Below, in pieces: positions 23,602-34,000 of a stretch of 64,000 nucleotides of DNA (positions within the stretch are counted from its first letter, which is position 1; every line of letters starts with the position of its first letter). Below the pieces are notes generated by a model. It did no database searches. It saw only the letters and a list, made by a program, of their open reading frames with translations, and was not told where the DNA came from. Origin of the DNA: Podarcis vaucheri (taxonomy: Eukaryota); assembly GCA_965113315.1 (NCBI GenBank), contig OZ220363.1; one strand, written 5' to 3'. A program made the translations under genes and the position numbers.

Positions 23602-26600
23602 CACACACACACACAGAGAGAGAGAGAATGTTTCACAGCTGGGTTGGCATTTGATATTAAAACACCTTTTCTTCTGATGACAACTGAGGAGTCCTTTAGC
23701 CCACTGCCTCTCTCTCCTACACCTCTTGCCAGGAGTGTGATTCCGTTGCCACTGGATGAAAGTTGTCTTTCCTGAGGATTCTCTGTGGGCTCCAGGAATA
23801 GGAGGGCCCGTCCCTTCTGTCATAATGAATGAAATAAACCGACCCAATCGTTCTGCACAGCTTTGAGCCATGGGGACAGATTAGTGGGAGTAATGCCCCT
23901 ACATACCAAAGGACATTTGTCTCTTCGTCTTGCAGTCTTTTTCGTCTTGCGAAGCAAGCCCATTAGCAGCTTAGCGGATTAGCGCTATTAGCGGCTTAGC
24001 GGTCTTAGCGGATCAGCTGATAAGCGGTTTAGCGGCTTAGCGTATCAGCTGATAAGCGGCCTAGCGGATCAGCGGTTAAGCGGCTTAGCGGATCAGCTGT
24101 TAAGCGGCTTAGCACCTTAGGATCAGCTGATAAGCAGCTTAGCGGCTTGGGAAAAAGGGGGGGGACCCCCGCAGGAACTCGCAAGACATTTTCGTCTTGC
24201 GAAGCAAGCCCATAGGAAATTCGTTTTGCGAAGCACCTCCAAAACGGAAAACCCTTTCGTCTAGCGGGTTTTCCGTCTTGCGAGGCATTCGTCTTGCGGG
24301 GCACCATGGTATGTTGTAACCGCCCTGAGACCTGCGGGTGTAGGGCGGTGTGCAAATGTAAGAATTAATAATGAGAATAATTCTGCCCTTCTCGTTCCCA
24401 CAGGCTGTGGAGCTCCCAGACTCCTTCTCACCTGAGCTGCGCTCTCTGCTGGAGGGGCTGCTGCAGAGAGATGTGAACCGTCGGCTGGGTTGTATGGGCC
24501 GCGGGTGAGTCTTCGGGGGGAACAGCTGAAGCGCCTGGATGGGCAGGGATGTTGGTGGGGAGTGAGATTCCTGTGGCCCTCCAGTTGTTGCTGGACTGGT
24601 TGGTCAGCAGAAACTGTAGCCCAAGCGCATCTGGGAGGCCATTGGTTGGCTGAGGGGATTAAGTTGCCCAACCTTCTTATACAAAGAATGCTTTCAGAAT
24701 TATCAGTGGAGTGGAGTTTTGTTGTTTGGAACTCAGCTAAGAATAGTTCTTAGCTGGGGAAATGGACAAGCATGCTATTTCCAGGTGCTCTGGTTGCCAC
24801 AACAAGGGCAGGTTTAAAATACATATATATCACACTACAGGACCAAGAAGTGCCTTCCATTTTTAAAAAGTATTTATGGGACAGGCTTAACATCCTGCTG
24901 TTAGCTTAGCTTTCCCAGGCTCCCTGCTTGCCCTGTTCCTCAGGTTCAGATTGAAGCCACAATCTGATAACTCAAATTTAGATGACCTTGAAGCAGAGGA
25001 TGTACTGCGGGAGCTAAGGAATGCTCCGACAACGTTATTCCTTCGTCGGCAAGGCTCTGGGCTTTCCATGTAGTACCCTGTTCAGCGCAAGACCTAAGAT
25101 AGGATCTGGAATTCAAAGAATCACAGAGTTTGCTTGCTTAAAAAAATCCAGTTTATGGCTTTTAATGGTTGCAGAGAAGCAATCTTGGACTAAATTGGCT
25201 GCTGTGTGCAAAATGTGCGCCTCATGTTACCCTGCACCTCAGCAGTCTGTCTCTTCCCCCTGCTGTCTTTTATTCTCCATTATTTCTGATTTTGTTAGCC
25301 TAGTTTTGATTTTTCTCAAAACATAAAATTTTCTATCACAACACTTTTCAGGTCTTTTCAGAGCTATGAATCGTTATTACTCACTTGCATATACAATATC
25401 TGTTGTAGGGAGAATGGCAGATGGGAGTCCCTGCCTAGGTACTTGCTGATTCACCCTTTCATAAAATAATAATGGAGCAAATTAAACAATCCTGCCCCAG
25501 AATAGGCTATTCTCAACTCTTGCGACGAATATATATAACCCAGAAACTGACGTGTCTCATGTAGGGACAAATCAGCTTTGTTTACATCCTGCATCTGATG
25601 AAGTCGGCTCTTTCCTATAAACGTTTGTGCTACGATGAGTCACTTAGCCTCCAGTTAAGGTGTGATGTGCAGACTTCGTGTTAACAGCGTTCTGTGGCTA
25701 GGCAATCCAAAATCTGTGTCAACAAGAGCTGTGTTCTTTGACTTGTATATAAGAGGTTTGCACATTTTCTGAAGCTGCCCGCCCCTGAATCTCTGATCAT
25801 CTTTCTCTAGGTTCTGAGTTTTTAGTAAGCATAGCTCACATACTTTCAAATATATATTCAAAACCATAAGGACTACAGACTTGCCTGCCTTAAAAATGAG
25901 ACCTGAACTTTTCAGAAAGCCGGATTCTGGGTGCAGAATCCAGCTTTCTGAGAAGTTCAGATCTGCCCTTCTTCTGAGCACCTGCAGAATTGCAGTATTT
26001 GCACAGCCCTACCTTTAAGTTGCTCCACGTCTCTCTTGTCCTTTGTTTGCTACAGAACAGCTCAGGGTTGTTGGGTTTTTTGGCGGAGGGCAAAGAAGGC
26101 ACACCAGGCTGAGTTAATCTAGGTGGTAAAAGTCAAGAGCTGCAGATGTGGTTAGGCCAAGCTAAATCCTGATGTCCTTTTAAACAAAACAAGTTTTCCT
26201 TCAAAGGAAATTGCTCAGCTGTTAGATGAACACAAAGACAGCATTCCAGTTCTGTGTGGCTGTTCATGACGAAGCTGCTGTTCCCAAGCTTTTCTCTAGC
26301 CCCTAACTCAGGTAGCTGACAAGAGATAGTAATGAACAACACCCAGCCTCCCTCCCCATTGACCAAAGGGTGTAATAGTTCATACCGTCTGGTGGACACT
26401 GCATTGGCTACCCCTGCCCTAACTATTCAGTGCTCAAAGGGAGGAGGGAACTCTATGTAATCTGCAACCGTCTTTCCAACAGGGCGCTTGAGGTGAAGGA
26501 GAGTCCCTTCTTCCAGGGTCTAGACTGGCAGATGGTTTTCCTCCAAAAGGTGAGCAGGGCAGTTGGGAAGACAGTGGAGTTGCTGGGGATAAAGACTCTG

Positions 26601-27547
26601 CTCGGTCATCATGAATCATAGGGTTGGAAGGGACCCCAGGGGTCATCTAGTCCAACACCCTGCAATACAGGGAATCACCACTAAAGCATCCATGACAGAT
26701 AGCCACCCAACCTCTGCTTAAAAACTTCCAATGAAGGAGAGTCCACAACCTCCCATGAGAGTCTGTTCCGCTGTTGAACAGCTCTTACTGTCATAAAGCT
26801 CTTCCGGAAGTTTAGTCGGCGTCTCCTTTCTTGTAACTGAATCCACTGGTTCAGGACCTAGTCTTGAGAACAGAAGAGAACAAGCTTGTTCCCTCTTCAG
26901 TGTGACAGCCCTTTAGGTAGTTGAAAATGGCCATCAGGGAAGGAAGGAATTGTAAGGGATAAGCGACTCTCCTCTGCTCCTTGGTTGACTTTCCCCCCCA
27001 TCATGTCTTCACAGTATCCGCCCCCCTTGATCCCACCACGCGGGGAGGTGAATGCAGCTGATGCTTTTGACATTGGCTCCTTTGATGAAGAGGACACCAA
27101 AGGCATCAAGGTATGTGGGGGGGGGGGCAGCCCTTAACCTACTCTCTGCTAGGGCAGCTGCAGCTTCCTCCTCTGCTCTTTGGTTTGAACATACCTCTAC
27201 TTTAATTAATTAATTAATTAATTATAATAAATGCATCTCCCATTTTTCTTCCAAACGCAGCACTCAGAGCAGGTTTGATTACAGATACACGGTGTGGGCT
27301 TCAGCAGCAAAGTGGAAGCAGCAGCGCTAATGGGTGGAACTGCACTGTAGGCTGCAATACTATGTTCTGCTACTAGGGAATAGGATAACGCAGACAAATG
27401 AATGTTACTGGACTGATTTGACAAATGAATGTTACTGGACTGATATGTTGGCTTCAGTCCATCTAGTTCAGCACTTTGTCTCCGACACTAAGGCCAGCCA
27501 CAGACCACTGGGAAACTCACAAGCAGAGCATGATGGAGATAGATACC

Positions 27548-27584
<37 letters not shown>

Positions 27585-27994
27585 CTTCAGTAGTTGGAGC
27601 TATACTGCCTCTGAACATAGAGGTTTCATTTATCCTGGCGAACAGCCATGCGTGTGTTTAAACCTTTGAAGAGCTACTTGGGTAGTGGCCAGCATGTCAT
27701 CTTTGGTAATGAAGTCCACAAAGTAAATAGCACATAAGACGGGGATGTTCAGCCTTAGCCAAACTATTCCTTATATGTGGAAGAAGTTTGTCATACGATT
27801 GCTGCATCCCCTAGAACCTAAATCTACTGTTCTGAACAGCAAACCTTGGGAGTGTTTTGAGACGTGTCTAACAATCCAGCGGTTCTCCAAATGCCTTAGG
27901 TACCAGGGCAAGCAGAATTTTGTGTAGAGGGGTTTACCGGACTGAGAAAAGTTACTTGACTTTAAGCCAAAGCGAGTTGCAAAGTAAAGAACAG

Positions 27995-28067
<73 letters not shown>

Positions 28068-31000
28068 CAATAAAGAACTTTACAATGTGCATTCATAGAT
28101 AAATATACGAAGCATGTACCCCACTAAAAGGAAGACCAAAAAAAGAGGCAACAGACATAACTAAATAACCTCCAAATTAAGGTTCAAGGGGCTGGGTAAA
28201 TAAAATTGGCACCTAAAGGCAAACAATGATGGTGCCAAGCTTGCTTCCCTTGGGAAGCCACCATTGAAAAGGCCCGTTCTTGTGTCACCACCCTCTCTGC
28301 CTCTTTTGGAGAGAGCACACACAGAATGGCCTCAGATGATGAGTGCAGGACCTGGGTTTGTTCTGGAGGGGAGAACTCCTTTAGGTGGTGGGATCCTGAG
28401 CTGCATAATGGTTCCCCCCACCTCTGCAGGCAGGATAGGAGAGGTGTTGTGTCTGAGTTGGTTGGGAGAGAACTGGAGAGAGCTGGGAAGTGATTAGGGA
28501 AAACCTGGTGGGTTTCGGTTTTAGTGCCTAGAAGAGGCGGTGTAAGTCTGGGAAGGTGGAGAAGTGCAGAAGGCAGAGCCAGAGAGAATATCCATGTCAA
28601 ATACTTAAGATAGAAAGGAAGAAATGGGACTCACCCCAAACCTCCACAGTAGAAGAATGCTGCTGGATCAGACCAAAGGCCTATAGTTCTGCATGCTACT
28701 TCCCAGTCTGATAGGCCTCTTAGAAGCCCACAAGGGGCACGAGGGCAGTAGCCCTCTCTTGCTGTGGTTTCCCTGGCAGCTGATAGTCAGAGCAGGGGGA
28801 CTGTGCCTGTTACCCTGGAAACAAGGGCAACGTGGCTCACTTCTCATTCCAGCTGTTGGACAGTGACCAGGAGCTCTATCGCAACTTTCCACTCACCATC
28901 TCAGAGCGTTGGCAGCAGGAGGTGACAGAGACCGTCTTTGACACAGTCAACGCAGAGACTGACAAGCTGGAGGCTCGCAAAAGAGCCAAGAACAAGCAGT
29001 TGGGCCATGAGGAAGGTGAGACCCAAGGCTGGTAGGACAAGTGGCAGTGGGTTTCCTCATTCAGGCTAGCTCTGCTCCATGACCCAGTCCTCCTCAGCCA
29101 CCATTGCCACCCAGCTCTGCCTGCCAGTTTGCAGGGCACCTGCTTTTGGACACTCTTCGCTGCAACACCCACTATGGAGAGAAGACATGGCTGGATGACT
29201 TGGGTTGTTTCCCCCTGAACTGTTCCCTTTGGTGTCTCCTTGTTTTGTTTCTTGTGGGGGTCTTTGTTTTGCTTTGGCCTGTCCTTGATGCTCTTCTCTT
29301 TGCCATTCCCGTACACAGATTATGCCCTGGGCAAGGACTGCATCATGCACGGCTACATGTCAAAACTGGGGAACCCTTTCCTCACACAGTGGCAGAGGCG
29401 GTACTTCTACCTCTTCCCAAATCGGTTGGAGTGGCGTGGAGAAGGAGAATCCCCGGTAAGAGGAGATCTTTCCTCTAAGGAAGGAGGGGAGGGCGAAATG
29501 GCAGGTTTGGGGTAAGGGTGGAGAGTCTTGTGACATACAAGTGGGAGAGCCTAGGTTTGTCTCATATGGGTTTGGGGCGGGCAGGATTAGGCATTGATTG
29601 CAGTGCCTGGAGGATGGGATTATGTGGAGGTGGGCAAGGGATGTAGAATGCATGTTTAACCTGGGGTTATATAAGTGGCTCTTTCTTTGACCAAAGATGT
29701 TTTGGACCCTACAACAGCAGTCGCTGCTCACCATGGAAGAGATCCAGACTGTTGAGGAGACACAGATAAAGGATCGAAAGTGCATCCTCCTAAAGATCCG
29801 GGGTGGCAAGCAGTTTGTCCTGCAGTGTGACGTGAGTTTTTCCTCACATTGCCTCTCCTAGAAGAAAGTCCAGAGGTTGCCAAAAATTGGTGATGGGCAG
29901 CCCCCAGTTTCCCTTGGCATGGTTTGATGACTGGACAGGACTTAGGATAATATAGCACATCTTGACTGTTTGAAGTGTTTCACGTACATTATCTCAGTGA
30001 TTCTTACAAGGCCTTTGTAAGACTGGGGACCATTGTTGTCCCCATAGTGCAAATGGGGGGCGGGGGCTGAAGCTGAGAGAGAACTTTGCTTGCAAAACCC
30101 CACCCAGTGAATACATGGCGGAGGCAAGATTACAACCTGAGGCTTCCTGATTTCACGGCACTGTGGTCTAACTCACTGAGCCTAGGGCTTGCCAATTGGA
30201 AGGTCAGCGGTTCGAATCCCCACAACGGGCTGAGCTTCCATTGCTTGGTCCCAGCTCCTGCCAACCCAGCAGTTCGAAAGCACGTCAAAGTGCAAGTAGA
30301 TAAATAGGTACCGCTCCGGTGGGAAGGTAAACGGCGTTTCTGTGCACTGTTGTGGTTTCACCAGAAGCAGCTTAGTCATGCTGGCCACATGACCCGGAAA
30401 AACTGTCTGCGGACAAATGTCGGCTCCCTCGGCCAGTAAAGCGAGATGAGCACCACAACCCCAGAGTTGTTCGCGACTGGACTTAACTGTCGGGGTCCTT
30501 TACCTTTACCTTTTTATGCTACACTAGTTCATGGTCTTATTTCTGTACCTGAGATTAATAAAAATCCTGCTGAGGTCACATTCTGCATGTTTGGCTGGGC
30601 TTGCCTAAACAAAACTATGTTAAGCAGGTGCTGAAAAGCATGCAGGCTGATATCAATAAGCAGGGAGTTCCAAAGGGTTGAGTGCTGCCACACTGAAAGA
30701 GCAATTTCTTACAAAGGGCTTTTTGTGACACCTGTAATGGTGCCAGTTCCACAGATTGAAGCAAAGTAGACTACAGTGGTACCTCAGGTTACAGACACCT
30801 CAGGTTACAAACACTTCAGGTTACAGACTCCACTAACCCGGAAGTAGTACCTTGGGTTAAGAACTTTACCTCAGGATGAGAACAGAAATCACATGGCGGC
30901 AGTGGGAGGCCCCATTAGCTAATGTGGTACCTCAGGTTAAGAACGGTTTCAGGTTAAGAACGGACCTGCAGAACGAATTAAGTTCGTAACCAGAGGTACC

Positions 31001-34000
31001 ACTGTATTCCCAAGCTTTTAAAGGCTTTATATATAAATAGTAACACCTTGAATGGTAACAAATCAGCAACCAGTGCAGATCTCAGAACAGAGGTGTAATA
31101 TGATGGCATGATCTCTCTCCAGTCAGCAGTCATGCTGCAGCATTCTGCACTAACTGCAATTTCTGGATCAAGCACATGGGAAGGTCCACATAGAGTACAT
31201 TGCAGCAGTAATTCAGCCTTGAAGTCAACAGTGCCTGTGATTAAGCTCTCCTGGTCAAGGAACAACCATATCTGTTATACCATGTGCAGCTGGTAAAAGG
31301 TGCTTCTAGCTGCTTAGGGTACCAGAAGCACTCAAAAATTGTGTGCCTGCCCCTTCAAGAAGAGAGCAACTCCATTCAAGGTGGACAAATGACAAATTTC
31401 TCTGACACAGGAAACACCCACGGTGCCTTCATCCTGCCAGGATAGATCGATAGTGGAGGGGGCTTGCTTGCATTCCTGAAGTTTGCAGCTTGTTTTAGTC
31501 ACTTGGAGGTATTAGGCCAACACCTTTCTGAAGTTGTGTTCTTGATTTGGTAGGTTGTTCTGGTCAGATGAGATCAGGGGAAGGGTTGATAGTCCTTTCT
31601 TGCAGCTGAATCAAATTTGAACCCTCAGGTGTAGGATGAATCAGAGGCACAAGTATCTTGCAGCTCTTTGTGTTTGTTTCTCATTCAAATCTGAAACAGA
31701 TCTTTTCAAGTCTACCCTCACAAGGGGGTGAGCAAGTGTGGGGAGCTTAGGAGAGCCAGAAGAGGAGATAAGAGTGAGATGACAGAGCAGAAACAGGAAG
31801 TGTAAAACAGTTGTGCTTCCTGTTCTCCCTATTTAACTCGATGGCCTGTGTTCCCTTCCTGTTCTGTGATTTCTTGAATTCTATGGTCACGAGGTCCCCT
31901 ACAGGCTACTGGAGGAGGGGGAGCCCCTTCTCAATCTATGGGGAGGGCGAATGTCCTGTTCAGTTAAGAAAGCTAGTTCACATTTTAGAAGACTATAAAT
32001 AGGGCGGTGTGTGCTTTGCATCAAAAGGAGAAGAGATTTCTCTACAACCAGAATAATTATATGTATTCATCAGATGTACAGAATATAGCTGAAGCTGCAT
32101 AATTCTCTTAGAACTTGTTCAAGCCTAGAGGAGTTGGAGTAGCGTGTGTTATTGTATTGGGAGGCAAGGACTTTGCGTGGGTGCAAGAGGTTTATCCCTT
32201 TGCTGGAAAACCCATCTGCAGTGCAATCCTAAACTTGCCTACTCTGAAGTAGGCCCCACTAATTCAGTGGGGTTTTCTTTTCCCCAGGCAAGTTTGTGTA
32301 GCAGGGATAGCTAACCCACGGGCCAAATCCATCCTCAAGAGTGGATACACACACATACCTAGCCCCGAAATAAATTGACGATTGAATCTGTGCTATTTTT
32401 TAAAGCCTGCATTTTTGCTGAGGTGTCCCTCACTGTCACTGTGATGGTCCTACTGCAGGCAGCCTAGCCAGCATCCACAAAATTGGGTGCCTCTGCCTTG
32501 ACCTTCCAAAGGCACCTCTTCTCCCTCTCCCATGCTGCACTGTTGATAGGTCTATAGTACTCAGGAATCTATATGTTTTTAACAAAGGCCATACCTTGAA
32601 TTAAGGGAAGGTTAATCATTGGCTGCGTCCATTGTCTCACTCCCACATGACCCCATATACAGGCAAGCACCTCTTTAAGCTCTCTCTGGTCCAGTATGAG
32701 TAGTCATAGGGGCTTGGGCAGTCTGCCCTATATTGTTCCCCTGAGATCTGGCTTTTATGCGCAAGCCAAGCGACAGGCAAATGTGACTGAGCAGTTGTGA
32801 TGCATAAGAGGAAATCAACACAAGTAATATGTGTGGGGATTAAACAGCCTTTTGCCTGAGTGTTGGTCCATGCAGGAGAAGAGCATCCTAGGTGAACAGC
32901 AAGATGCTCCTTATGATCAGGAGCTGTGCCGAGAAACTCTTTACCTCTGGCTTCCTATTCCTTCTCTACAGAGAGAAAGTATTGGTGCTAATGGGCTGGC
33001 ACAGAGAGGTGCCATTAGGAAATAATTCCTGAAAGCATTAACCATTTGTACACAGCTTCCAGAATTTTAGTCTGGTGGTTGTTTTCTGACAACATTTAGA
33101 ACATTTAAAAACAATCACATGCTTGCACAGCTAATGATAGAATCATAGAATCATAGAGTTGGAAGAGACCACAAGGGCCATCGAGTCCAATCCCCTGCCA
33201 AGCAGGAAACACCATCAGAGCACTCCTGACATATGGTTGTCAAGCCTCTGCTTAAAGACCTCCAAAGTAGGAGACTCCACCACACTCCTTGGCAGCAAAT
33301 TCCACTGTCGAACAGCTCTTACTGTCAGGAAGTTCTTCCTAATGTTTAGGTGGAATCTTCTTTCTTGTAGTTTGGATCCATTGCTCCGTGTCCGCTTCTC
33401 CGGAGCAGCAGAAAACAACCTTTCTCCCTCCTCTATGTGACATCCTTTTATATATTTGAACATGGCTATCATATCACCCCTTAACCTCCTCTTCTCCAGG
33501 CTAAACATGCCCAGCTCCCTTAGCCGTTCCTCATAAGGCATCGTTTCCAGGCCTTTGACCATTTTGGTTGCCCTCCTCTGGACACGTTCCAGTTTGTCAG
33601 TGTCCTTCTTGAATTGTGGTGCCCAGAACTGGACACAGTACTCCAGGTGTGGTCTGACCAGAGCAGAATACAGTGGCACTATTACTTCCCTTGATCTAGA
33701 TGCTATACTCCTATTGATGCAGCCCAGAATTGCATTGGCTTTTTTAGCTGCCGCGTCACACTGTTGGCTCATGTCAAGTTTGTGGTCAACCAAGACTCCT
33801 AGATCCTGATGTCAAGGGGTTGCCAAGAACAGTATCTTCCAGCCGTCATAGGCCTGGTTAAACATGAATGTTTTTAAGTTGCTCCCAAACCTTAATAATG
33901 AGGGAGATGGATGCATCTCACCAGGGAGGGTATTCCATAAACCCAGAGCCACCACTCAGAAGGCCCTGCTTGAGTAAGTGCCAACTGGGCACCAACCAGT

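Noticed and set aside
23960-24150. Short repeated units resembling a CRISPR array or telomere-like repeat
   Set aside because: There are no unique spacers and no cas genes, the context is vertebrate, and the unit is TTAGCGG rather than TTAGGG. It is the core of a MITE.
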